Source of the DNA: Acidimicrobiia bacterium UBA4744
GTDB taxonomy: Bacteria; Actinomycetota; Acidimicrobiia; Spongiisociales; UBA4744
Assembly (NCBI GenBank): GCA_002403855.1
Contig: DHIO01000050.1
Location: 16,598-80,597 of the forward strand
Reading direction: 5' to 3'
DNA: 64,000 nt
Positions within the stretch are counted from its first letter, which is position 1. Every line of letters begins with the position of its first letter. Below the pieces are notes generated by a model, which was not told the origin of the DNA, made no database searches, and saw only the letters and a list, made by a program, of their open reading frames with translations. This document shows positions 19,597 through 28,995 of this stretch, piece by piece. Made by a program: the position numbers and the translations under genes.

Positions 19597-20031
19597 ATGA
19601 AACAAGCCCGGCGCGCCGGCACCCTCTCGGAAGTTGCGTACGACGCCATGAGCCGAGGCGATCGAGTTGAGATCTGGGCGGGCGATTCTGTGTTCAGAGG
19701 GTTCATCGAACACACGCGCAGCGATCTTGTGGTGCTGGCGGCGCCCGGCCGCGTCGATGTCAACCTCGAGGGCCCGCTAACGATGCGAGTGGTCGAACCG
19801 GCGACTGCATCGGGAACGGCCGTTGCTCGCGAAGGACCGGCTTCCTTCGCCGCCCGCGTTTCGGAACTCGAACAGATTGGAACAGTCTGCGAATTCATCC
19901 TTCCTTTCGGCCGAGCCCCGGTCGTGGGCACTGTGGCTATTCGCGCTCGCGATCACGTGGTTGTCGAAGCCTTGGACGGACCCGGCTGGATTGTTCCGCT
20001 CCGATGGCTGATTGCCCTCGTCAACCGGTAG
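19597..20031 (+). CDS. hypothetical protein
   Basis: 145 aa from ATG 19597 (alternative GTG 19498). Coding-like bias, no recognisable motif. Sits just upstream of the Tad locus. Confidence 0.4.
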   Translation: MKQARRAGTLSEVAYDAMSRGDRVEIWAGDSVFRGFIEHTRSDLVVLAAPGRVDVNLEGPLTMRVVEPATASGTAVAREGPASFAARVSELEQIGTVCEFILPFGRAPVVGTVAIRARDHVVVEALDGPGWIVPLRWLIALVNR

Positions 20032-20194
20032 TCGGCCGGTCCTAGCGCCGCCCTTGCCATGTCCGGGGCTCTCAATCCATCATCGACCGCGTTCCGTAGC
20101 TCCCCAAGGTCCGTCGATGCCGCAGTGGTTCTGAGCAAAACGTGTTTTAAGATAGGAAAAGTTAGGCTAGAGTGCCTAAAGGGAATGGGGGGCG

Positions 20195-20959
20195 ATGGCT
20201 GGGACCGTCCAATCGACTACACAACGTGGTCAACACTCGGTCGACGGGCCGCCGACACCGAGACGGAGCTTCATGAGCAGGCTCAGTTTCGGCCACGCGG
20301 TCATGATCGTGGCCGGGCTTGCGGCATTCTTGCTCGTTTTCTCCCTTCTGAGGAATAGGGAGGAGACCTTTCAGATCGCAACTGCCGCAGGTGACCTCCG
20401 AGCGGGAACCACGGTCACCGCTGCCTCGTTCGCCTACGCCGAGTTGGGCGTGGCGGATCGCAACCTCCTCGAAGCTTTACTCGATCCGGAGCAGGTTGCG
20501 CGCGCAATCGAGGAAGGATGGGTCGTGACACGGAGAGTGCAGGAGGGCGATCCCGTCAGGATGAGCGACTTCCGCACGCAGGCCGACACCTCCGAGGTGA
20601 GGGCGATGAGTATCCCGATCGAGCGCGGACACGCAGTCGCCGGGGCGCTGCAGGCAGGCGACCTGATCGACGTCATCGTCGTACGCAAAGGCGTGGCCGA
20701 ATATGTCGTAACTGGGGCCGAGGTCCTCGATGTGGATGAAGGCGAAAGCCAGTTCGGCGGCGGTTTCAGCGTGACGCTTGCGGTCGATGGGCCCGCCAGT
20801 CTTCGCGTGGCATCCGCCTTGCGGGATGGCGGCATCGAGCTGGTGCGCGCAACAGGTGCGACCGGCGCAGATCCTTTGGACTTCTTCGATCCCCTTCAGG
20901 GCTCGTCCCCGGAGTCACCCCGTGGGGAACCGCCAACACTCGAGTCGAGGCCGGGCTGA
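20195..20959 (+). CDS. cpaB: Flp pilus assembly protein CpaB/RcpC-like (SAF domain)
   Basis: Single N-terminal TM (MSRLSFGHAVMIVAGLAAFLLVF) then SAF/CpaB-type domain. Alternative start ATG 20273 gives the canonical short cytoplasmic N-terminus. AT-rich promoter-like region 20130-20190. Confidence 0.7.
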   Translation: MAGTVQSTTQRGQHSVDGPPTPRRSFMSRLSFGHAVMIVAGLAAFLLVFSLLRNREETFQIATAAGDLRAGTTVTAASFAYAELGVADRNLLEALLDPEQVARAIEEGWVVTRRVQEGDPVRMSDFRTQADTSEVRAMSIPIERGHAVAGALQAGDLIDVIVVRKGVAEYVVTGAEVLDVDEGESQFGGGFSVTLAVDGPASLRVASALRDGGIELVRATGATGADPLDFFDPLQGSSPESPRGEPPTLESRPG

Positions 20960-20961
20960 CC

Positions 20962-22209
20962 ATGCCAGAACGGGAGCCGGTGATCGTGATGGCGCATTCG
21001 CCCCGGTCGTGGGCTCGGACGCTCAAGCAACATGTCATCGATCACGGTGGGGGCCGGATCATGGCATCGATCATGGCCGCCGAGGACGCCTCGCTCGACG
21101 GCTACGACGTCTTCGTTGCCGACGACACGACCTCATTCCTTACCCCGGGTTTCGTGGCAGATTTGCAGCGACGCGGGATCTCAGTGGTCGGCGTCTACAA
21201 CCCGGCCGAAGCGGAGGCGAGCGGCAAGCAAAGACTGCTGGCTCTCCAAGTCGATGATGTCATTGAGGCCGATGCTTCTCCCAACGAGTTCTTGCGTGTG
21301 CTGGCCCGCGCTTCAGTTGGATCACTCACCTATGACGATCCCGGGTTTTCCGCCCTGATGGCGGATCTGGCACGTCCAGCGCTCGAGTACGAGGACCCGT
21401 TCGACGGGTCTCCTCTCGGATCAGAGCGTGGTCGGTTGGTTGTGGTTGCCGGCGCATCTGGCGGGGTAGGAACGACCGAAGTCGCCATTGGGCTCGCCAC
21501 GCTACTGGCGAGAAGTGGCAACGGTCCCGTTCTGGTCGACGCCGACGACGTAGGCCCCTCGGTCGTCCAGCGGCTGGGCTTGCCCGTGCATCCGAACCTC
21601 CGCTCAGCCATCGATGTGGTACACAACCGCAACGGAGATCTCCGAGACTCTCTGATTCCGGTCACCGTCGGAGGTTTTGAAGTTTTGGGTGGGCTGGCGA
21701 ATCGGAGAGATTGGTATGAGCTGCGGCCGGCAGACGTCGCCGAGGCCGTTCTCGAGTTGGCCCGCATACGGGACCATATCGTCGTCAACGTCTCATCCCG
21801 TTTGGAGGATCTGCCGGCTATCGGCGGTCCGGCTCGGTACGGCGTGACCCGCTCCGTGTTGGCACTCGCGGATGTGGTCCTCCTGGTCGCGCGCCCAACC
21901 CCCGTCGGCGTCGCTCGGGTGCTCGACTGGATTGCCGAGGCAACCCCGTTGATTGAGGCCACCCCTCTCATCGTTGCGTTCAATGGCTTCGAAGGTGGCG
22001 CCTTCAAAGCAGCCGAAATCGAGGCAGAGCTTTGCCACGTCTACCAGCCTCGTGCAATTCGTTTCATTTCCCGCGACAAGAGCCTGGCCCACGCCACATG
22101 GCAAGGGATGCTGCCCAATCGTGGTCCGTTCTTGAAGTCGCTGGCAGATTTGTCGGCTGCTGTAGTTCCGTCGACCCGAGCACGCCGCAGGATCCGGAGA
22201 ACGCAGTGA
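20962..22209 (+). CDS. tadZ: TadZ/CpaE-like ParA/MinD-family ATPase with N-terminal pseudo-receiver domain
   Basis: Deviant Walker A VVVAGASGGVGTTEVAIGLA; N-terminal receiver-like domain. Confidence 0.8.
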   Translation: MPEREPVIVMAHSPRSWARTLKQHVIDHGGGRIMASIMAAEDASLDGYDVFVADDTTSFLTPGFVADLQRRGISVVGVYNPAEAEASGKQRLLALQVDDVIEADASPNEFLRVLARASVGSLTYDDPGFSALMADLARPALEYEDPFDGSPLGSERGRLVVVAGASGGVGTTEVAIGLATLLARSGNGPVLVDADDVGPSVVQRLGLPVHPNLRSAIDVVHNRNGDLRDSLIPVTVGGFEVLGGLANRRDWYELRPADVAEAVLELARIRDHIVVNVSSRLEDLPAIGGPARYGVTRSVLALADVVLLVARPTPVGVARVLDWIAEATPLIEATPLIVAFNGFEGGAFKAAEIEAELCHVYQPRAIRFISRDKSLAHATWQGMLPNRGPFLKSLADLSAAVVPSTRARRRIRRTQ

Positions 22210-23504
22210 CGACCGAAGCCGTCACCAGTGCCTACGAGAGCATTCGAAACCAGGCCCTGATAGGGCTCGACAGGGAGAAACTGGACCCGGGCAAGGATCC
22301 GGAAGCGGTTCAGCGGCTGGTAAGCGTCATCGTGGACGACTACCAATCTCAAGCCCACTCCGGAAACGCTCCTGCCCTTCGTGATACCGGGGACATGATT
22401 CGGCGGGTTCTGCGGTCTATCTCCGGATTTGGCGCATTGAGCCAGCTACTGGACAACCCAACCGTCGAGGAGATCTTCATCGAAGGGCCGCACGTCACCT
22501 ACATCGACGGTTCGGGTCGATTGCAGGTCTTGACTACGCCCACCACCGCCGACGAGAACCGGCAAACAATCAACCGTTTGCTCGCGGATACGGATCGGCA
22601 TATCGATACCGCAAACCCAATCGTGCAAGCTCGAGTGCTGAACGATTCGGCACGGCTCACCGCGGTCATACCCCCCGTCGCTGATGACGTGTCGGCCACC
22701 ATCCGCAGATACACCATGCGCAAAGAGACCCTCGGACATCTGGTTGAACTCAGGTCGGTATCCCCGGCAGCAGCCGGGTTCCTGTGGGCAGTCGCCCAAA
22801 CCAATGCCTCTGTTCTGGTATCCGGACAACCGGGCGCGGGCAAGACATCCCTGCTGGCCGCGTTGATGGCTGCAGCTCCTCCGACCCACTGTGTTCGTTG
22901 CATCGAAGAGGTCCGCGAATTGCATGTACCGTTGAGCCCTCACAGCTCGTACTACGAGGCTCGCGCCCCGGGTCTCGACGGCAGCGGAGAAGTGTCGGTC
23001 CGCGCCATGGTCAAGACGGTCCTGGCGATGCGGGCCGACCGGATCGTCGTCGGAGAAGTTCGGGGCGCCGAAGCCTTCGAACTCACGCGGGCTTCGAACG
23101 CTGGTTGTGGCTTCTCGTGTACGGTGCACGCAAACTCAGCACGAGAGGCTCTCAGCGCTATCGTCAACACAGCCCTGATGGCCGGCGAGAACGTCACCGA
23201 ACCGGTGGTCCGCAGGGTATTCGCCAGCACTATCGACTTCGTGATCCATCTTGATCGCGATCCGATAACCAGAGGACGGGAAGGCATCCGGCGGCAGATC
23301 CTCGAGATTCTGGCGGTTACTCCGTCGTTGACCGGGGATGATTTCACGACGGAACAAATCTTCAGCAGAGAAGCACTTGGTGCTCCGTTGCGATGGAGCG
23401 GCCATTTACCACCTGCGGCAACGGTCGACCTCATCGACCGCGCCCTGGCCGGCACCGGACACACCACCTACTCGATCTGCGAAGGACAGACAACCCCGCT
23501 ATGA
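22206..23504 (+). CDS. tadA: CpaF/TadA type II/IV secretion ATPase
   Basis: Walker A GQPGAGKTS, Asp/His boxes, RIVVGEVRGAEA. GTG start overlaps the tadZ stop (GTGA). Confidence 0.88.
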   Translation: MTTEAVTSAYESIRNQALIGLDREKLDPGKDPEAVQRLVSVIVDDYQSQAHSGNAPALRDTGDMIRRVLRSISGFGALSQLLDNPTVEEIFIEGPHVTYIDGSGRLQVLTTPTTADENRQTINRLLADTDRHIDTANPIVQARVLNDSARLTAVIPPVADDVSATIRRYTMRKETLGHLVELRSVSPAAAGFLWAVAQTNASVLVSGQPGAGKTSLLAALMAAAPPTHCVRCIEEVRELHVPLSPHSSYYEARAPGLDGSGEVSVRAMVKTVLAMRADRIVVGEVRGAEAFELTRASNAGCGFSCTVHANSAREALSAIVNTALMAGENVTEPVVRRVFASTIDFVIHLDRDPITRGREGIRRQILEILAVTPSLTGDDFTTEQIFSREALGAPLRWSGHLPPAATVDLIDRALAGTGHTTYSICEGQTTPL

Positions 23505-24409
23505 GGCTGCTGGCGGCTTTCATGGCCGGAATCTCGGTCTATCTGGCAGTCGGCTACATCACGGGCTTCGCTCCGAACCTTCGGTGGCGGATTGGACAAG
23601 AGGGCTCTGGTCTGAGCGGCCGGCAGGTGTGGCTGATGCAGGCCGGCGCTCGACTCTCGCCGGGCCAGTTCTTGGCGTGGTCCCTTCTTGTCGGGCTCTT
23701 GGCGTTCGTGATCGGCATGGCATTGACCGGAGTCCCCTGGGTCTCCCTTCCCCCGTCGGTGGCGTTGGCGTTTCTTCCTCGCTGGTACTTCAGTCGAAGG
23801 AGGATTCGGAGATTGAGCGAGGTTCACGAGGCCTGGCCGGATGGCCTTCGGCACATCGTGTCCTCTCTGCGATCGGGGATGAGCCTCACCGCCGCCCTCG
23901 ATGAACTAGCGCGGACCGGACCGGCACCGCTACGGCTTGCGTTCGGCCGCTACCCAGCGTTATCGAGAACCCTGGGAGTCGATGCCACCCTCGCTCTCAT
24001 TCGAGAAGAGCTGGCCGACCCCACTTCCGACCGGGTGATTGAGATCCTGATGGTGGCATATGAACGTGGCGGATCCATCGTTCCCAACGTGTTGACAGAT
24101 CTGTCTGATGCCACAACGAGTGATCTCCGGACCGTTGAAGAAATCCGCACGAATGCACTGGAGCAGCGAATCAATGGTCGCATTGTGTTCGTGGTTCCTT
24201 GGCTGGTGCTGTTGCTGCTCACTTCGCAGCCCGGTCCATTTCGGGACTTCTACTCGTCGGCAGCAGGGGTTGTCGTGGTAGTAGTGGGCGGCTTGATGAG
24301 CCTGGTCGGAGCTTGGCTGTTGGCGAAGTTGAGTCGTGACACCGTCGAACCTCGCGTCCTTGGCTCATCGGCGTCTGGACTACCGCCAAGTTCAGGATCG
24401 TCGTCGTGA
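23501..24409 (+). CDS. tadB: TadB-like type II secretion system F-family membrane protein
   Basis: GspF-like domain, N- and C-terminal TM segments. ATGA overlap with tadA. Confidence 0.75.
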   Translation: MRLLAAFMAGISVYLAVGYITGFAPNLRWRIGQEGSGLSGRQVWLMQAGARLSPGQFLAWSLLVGLLAFVIGMALTGVPWVSLPPSVALAFLPRWYFSRRRIRRLSEVHEAWPDGLRHIVSSLRSGMSLTAALDELARTGPAPLRLAFGRYPALSRTLGVDATLALIREELADPTSDRVIEILMVAYERGGSIVPNVLTDLSDATTSDLRTVEEIRTNALEQRINGRIVFVVPWLVLLLLTSQPGPFRDFYSSAAGVVVVVVGGLMSLVGAWLLAKLSRDTVEPRVLGSSASGLPPSSGSSS

Positions 24410-25374
24410 GCGAATCGGGGTGGGTGCTCCTGACGGCCGCACTGACAGCAATTGCAGCATCGGCAGCAGTCCACACGGTCGTGCGTCCCACAGTCCGGCT
24501 GAGCGGAAGGTTGCGCCCCTATTCGGCCGTCAGTCGCAGCATGTTGGGCAGCAGCACCCTACTCCTACGGTGGGAAACCAGCACAGGATTCGCAAAACGC
24601 ATGGGGCTCGGTCGGCTGCTGGGACCGCCGCTGACCGCCCTGGCCGGCCGGGTCGGGTCCTTCATCGAAGCAACCAGTGAGGAACGGCTGGTGATCAAGA
24701 TCCGGCAATCGGGTTTGTTCACCAACACGAATGGGGCGGCGCGGCTCCAGGAGTACCGCATACGCCAATTCACCACGGCAGTTGCCGGAGCCGCGGCAGC
24801 CTCGGCTTTGGGCCTGTTCCTCGCCCGACCGACACTGCTGGTCCTCATTCTGGCGGTGACCGGCTTCGTCGGTGGAGCGGCCTACTGGCGGAGCCGGATC
24901 GACCGAGCGATTGAGGCTCGCCGTACTCGAATGGAAATCGAGTTGTACACCGTCAACCAACAATTGGCCTTGCGGGTTCGGATCGGGGGTGGAGTGATCG
25001 CTGCAGTTCGGCAGTTGGTCGGCCGGAGTCGCGGAGCCGTGGTCGAGGAGCTTCGAGAAGCCATGCGACTGATCCAGGGGGGTATGCCTGCATCGAAGTC
25101 ATTTGACCGGCTGGCAGACCTGACCCCTGAACCGCAGGCCGCCAGGTTGTATCAGCTGCTCGCCACATCGGAAGAACGCGGATCCGACCTCGCAGAAGCT
25201 TTGCTCTCTATGAGTGAAGACATTCGTGAGGATCGCCGGGAGGCAATGCGGAGACTCGCCACGAAACGGAGAGCAGCCATGCTCATCCCGATCGTGGGGC
25301 TGATGGCTCCCATCATCATCCTTTTTGTCGGGGCGCCACTTCCCTGGATCGTGTTTGGGGGGTTGGGGAGTTGA
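24406..25374 (+). CDS. tadC: TadC-like type II secretion system F-family membrane protein
   Basis: Second GspF-like platform protein. GTGA overlap with tadB. Confidence 0.75.
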   Translation: MSESGWVLLTAALTAIAASAAVHTVVRPTVRLSGRLRPYSAVSRSMLGSSTLLLRWETSTGFAKRMGLGRLLGPPLTALAGRVGSFIEATSEERLVIKIRQSGLFTNTNGAARLQEYRIRQFTTAVAGAAAASALGLFLARPTLLVLILAVTGFVGGAAYWRSRIDRAIEARRTRMEIELYTVNQQLALRVRIGGGVIAAVRQLVGRSRGAVVEELREAMRLIQGGMPASKSFDRLADLTPEPQAARLYQLLATSEERGSDLAEALLSMSEDIREDRREAMRRLATKRRAAMLIPIVGLMAPIIILFVGAPLPWIVFGGLGS

Positions 25375-25422
25375 GATCCATGAAGGTGCTGGAAATTCGA
25401 AAAGCAGGAGAAAGGGATCGGG

Positions 25423-25635
25423 ATGAACGATGCAATGAAGAAGATCTACCTGTCGACACACGACGCATGGGCGTCGGTTCGAGACGATGACCGAGGATTC
25501 CAAACGGCCGAAGCGATCGCCATTGCAGCGGTGGGCATCATCGTGCTGGCAGCAATCCTGGCGGTTCTGCAGGTACTGGGGGTCGATGTCATCAACTGGC
25601 TTCGAAGCCAATTCGGGATTCCGTCGAGCGGCTGA
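25423..25635 (+). CDS. flp: Flp/Fap family type IVb pilin
   Basis: 70 aa; Flp-type prepilin motif RGFQTAEAIAIAAVGIIVLAAILAV (Gly cleavage site, Glu at +5, hydrophobic helix). RBS GGAGAAAGGGA. Confidence 0.75.
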   Translation: MNDAMKKIYLSTHDAWASVRDDDRGFQTAEAIAIAAVGIIVLAAILAVLQVLGVDVINWLRSQFGIPSSG

Positions 25636-25641
25636 CGGACT

Positions 25642-26049
25642 GTGAACTTCTCGCGACCTGAGGAGGAGAGTGGGTTCACTTCCCTCCAGTTTGCGGTCAT
25701 GGCCTTCTTCACCATGCTCGTCTTTGCCGCCGTCGTGAATCTGGTAGCCGTGCAATTTCAACGAGGGGCGATACGGGTAGCCATAGACGAGGGAGCTCGT
25801 TACGGGGCTGCCGTTGCTCACTCAGAGAGAGACTGTGAGCAACTGGCGGAGTCCATTCTCTACGGTGAGGGGTCGGGCCTGTTGCGGGGAAGCTTGGGCG
25901 AAGGCATCGACATCACCTGTGAGGTCTTCGGGACGGAGATGGTAGCGAGAGCGGTCGGTGCCTCATCCTGGTGGATCGGAGGTATGCCCGACGTCGATTT
26001 CGTGCTGGAGGGTAGGGCCGTGCTGGAAACGGTGACGCAGATGCCATGA
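25642..26049 (+). CDS. tadE: TadE-like pseudopilin
   Basis: N-terminal ESGFTSLQFAVMAFFTMLVFAAVVNL TadE/G-type motif; GTG start. Confidence 0.7.
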   Translation: MNFSRPEEESGFTSLQFAVMAFFTMLVFAAVVNLVAVQFQRGAIRVAIDEGARYGAAVAHSERDCEQLAESILYGEGSGLLRGSLGEGIDITCEVFGTEMVARAVGASSWWIGGMPDVDFVLEGRAVLETVTQMP

Positions 26050-26486
26050 GCGCGAAGGAACGAACCCCTCAAGCGGGCTTTGCGGCAGCTGAATGGGCTG
26101 TGGGACTTGCCCTGATCGTGCTGCCATTGGTGATGATCGTCGGTTCGGTAGCGCCATGGCATGCCCGGCAGACAATGGCACGGGAAATCAGCCAGGAAGC
26201 GGCTCGTAGCCTCGCACTGGCCGCCGATTGGGAGGCGGGTTTGGCCTCCTCGAATCGTTTGGCAGCAACGATTGCAGCGAACTACGGGCTCGACGAAGGC
26301 GATTGGGGTTTTGTGATCATCGGAACCGACCCCGCCGGAATGGGCCTGGTCCGGGGCGTCGATGTGGTGGTCGAAGTGCGAGTGCGTATCCCGGCCCTGA
26401 CCATTCCCGGCATCGGATCCCTGGCGGAGGTCTGGTGGCATACCCGGCACGTCGAGCACGTAGATGACTTCCGGAGCTTCCCATGA
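26046..26486 (+). CDS. TadE/TadF-like pseudopilin
   Basis: N-terminal QAGFAAAEWAVGLALIVLPLVMIVG; ATGA overlap with the upstream gene. Confidence 0.65.
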   Translation: MSAKERTPQAGFAAAEWAVGLALIVLPLVMIVGSVAPWHARQTMAREISQEAARSLALAADWEAGLASSNRLAATIAANYGLDEGDWGFVIIGTDPAGMGLVRGVDVVVEVRVRIPALTIPGIGSLAEVWWHTRHVEHVDDFRSFP

Positions 26487-26932
26487 GAATCCTCCAGGGA
26501 GAAGACGGCTTCACCAGTGTCAACTTCATGTTGATGATGCTGGTGTTGATCATTGCCGTGGGGGCGATCTCTGTCGACCTCTGGAATCTGGTAGCCGAGC
26601 ACCGCGAGGTTGCCGGAGTAGTAGATGGAGCAGCAATCTCAGCCGCAAACGCGGTCGATAGGGAAGCGTTGCGACAGAATCCACCGCAGGTGCGGCTTCG
26701 ACCCGATCTTGCGATAGCCCGTGCCTGCAGCTACTTACAGACGCATGTTGGTGTCGGTGCTTGCCCGGGTCCCGACGTCCGGGTCCTGGTTGAAGGCGAC
26801 ATGGTGTCGGTCACGATGCGGCGTGACGTAGGACTGACGCTGCTGCGGGTCTTCTCTGGATTGAACGCGGCCTTGGACACATCACCGATTGGGGTGATGG
26901 CGACATCAACCGCCGGAGCCACGAGAAGGTGA
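26483..26932 (+). CDS. TadG-like pseudopilin / pilus assembly protein
   Basis: N-terminal GEDGFTSVNFMLMMLVLIIAVGAISV; ATGA overlap with the upstream gene. Confidence 0.65.
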   Translation: MRILQGEDGFTSVNFMLMMLVLIIAVGAISVDLWNLVAEHREVAGVVDGAAISAANAVDREALRQNPPQVRLRPDLAIARACSYLQTHVGVGACPGPDVRVLVEGDMVSVTMRRDVGLTLLRVFSGLNAALDTSPIGVMATSTAGATRR

Positions 26933-26941
26933 AGGCACGCC

Positions 26942-27550
<609 letters not shown>

Positions 27551-27553
27551 TCC

Positions 27554-28768
27554 TCACGAATGTTCTACAAGAACAACTGCCGTTAACGAATCGACCAACC
27601 TCTTGCCAACTTCTCGTCTCAGACTGGGTGGTCGAGGTCGGTAAGGGCGGCCGTCTGGCCTGATGAAGATCAGGTCTCCGTTGGGGCTTCCTTCGATCTT
27701 CCATCCCGCTTCGTGGACGAGCCGGTGGTGGTAGCCGCAGAGGGTTACGAGATTGTCGAGGTCGGTGGGTCCTCCGTTCGACCAGTGGACAAGATGGTGG
27801 GCGTGGGCGAATCGTGTGCGTTCACAGCCCGGGAACCGGCAGCCCTGGTCGCGCCGGCGGATCTGGCGGTTCAGCCAGGCAGGGATGGTACGACTGGTGC
27901 GCCCGATACCGACCGGGAGGCCATTGGATCCTTCCAGCACGGCCTGCAGGCGGGCATCACAGCTCAACCGGCGTGCGGACTCGGCGGTGAGGGTGGAACC
28001 ACCTTCTATTCCTCCGGTCCCGCGACCGTTGGTGAGGGTTTCGACGTCAACGTGCACGACCACGTTGGCCCGGTCCGGGTCCGGGTCAGATGCCAGAGAA
28101 CCCGAGGCGATCTCTATCAAGGCGTCGGCGAGACGCACATCGGGATCCTCGTAGATCTGGCGATCGGCGTTTTGGGGGACCCGACGTTCGGCCCGTTCGA
28201 GTGCCTTCTCGACGACGGCGCCATCGGCGCCGGGAATCCGCCCGCGGAGGTGGAACCACTGACGGTCTCGATCCCACCACTTCGTCAAGGATCGTCGGCT
28301 GCGGGTCCTTTCGTCCTCCTCCGGAGCCCGATTGCGCCGGGCCAGGGTATGAACTTGGGAAGCCGAGAGGCCTTGAGCCTCTTCGGCGAGGATCTCCTCG
28401 GTGTCCGGGCCGGCGAACCGGGTCAACGAACGAACCTTGTCCCACGACAAACGCCCTTCGCCAAAGGCCTTCGCAATGGTGGGAAGCTCCTCGAGCCCCG
28501 CACCGACGGACACCAACTGGGAGGCGGTCCCGTACGCGACCCCCAGTTGGGCGACTAGCCAGGCGCTCATCGAGGTAGCTCCGTCTTCCTTCCAGGATTC
28601 GGTGCGGTCGTGCGCGGCGATCACCTCCACCAGCGTACGGCGAATGGCGCACTCGGCGGCGAACAACTGCGCGATGGCGTCCGACCGTTCGACGGCCGGT
28701 CTGCTCTCATACGGATTGCCATCCACGACTTCCCCTTCCATCGGGTGGGGAAGTGATGGTTCAACCAT
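27554..28768 (-). CDS. DUF222 + HNH endonuclease domain protein (13E12-repeat family-like)
   Basis: C-terminal HNH motif (DQGCRFPGCERTRFAHAHHLVHWSNGGPTDLDNLVTLCGYHH); N-terminal DUF222-like region. Start ATG 28768 (MVEPSL). Convergent with the last Tad gene across a 3-nt gap. Confidence 0.7.
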   Translation of the reverse strand: MVEPSLPHPMEGEVVDGNPYESRPAVERSDAIAQLFAAECAIRRTLVEVIAAHDRTESWKEDGATSMSAWLVAQLGVAYGTASQLVSVGAGLEELPTIAKAFGEGRLSWDKVRSLTRFAGPDTEEILAEEAQGLSASQVHTLARRNRAPEEDERTRSRRSLTKWWDRDRQWFHLRGRIPGADGAVVEKALERAERRVPQNADRQIYEDPDVRLADALIEIASGSLASDPDPDRANVVVHVDVETLTNGRGTGGIEGGSTLTAESARRLSCDARLQAVLEGSNGLPVGIGRTSRTIPAWLNRQIRRRDQGCRFPGCERTRFAHAHHLVHWSNGGPTDLDNLVTLCGYHHRLVHEAGWKIEGSPNGDLIFIRPDGRPYRPRPPSLRREVGKRLVDSLTAVVLVEHS

Positions 28769-28995
28769 ACGACCCGGGTGTGACAGAGAATGCCCTGCCT
28801 CATCGCTCGGACCCAACACGACCGGCGCGCAGGTTCGGACGCGGAGTTGATCCACCCCCAGGCGCCACCGGTCGAGAGCTCGCCGAGCGCATGGGAGTGG
28901 CTGCACGACGCACAGGCAGCGGTTCCACGAAAGACCTCCCACCCGGGGACCATTTGGGGATCTCTTCATCGAGACGCGCGATTGCGGCGGAGGCT

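Noticed and set aside
18552-19931. 459-aa extended version of the cysteine synthase ORF
   Set aside because: The upstream 170 codons are Ser/Thr/Arg/Pro low complexity with no homology and overlap a plausible plus-strand gene. The canonical CysK N-terminus starts at the internal ATG (19418).
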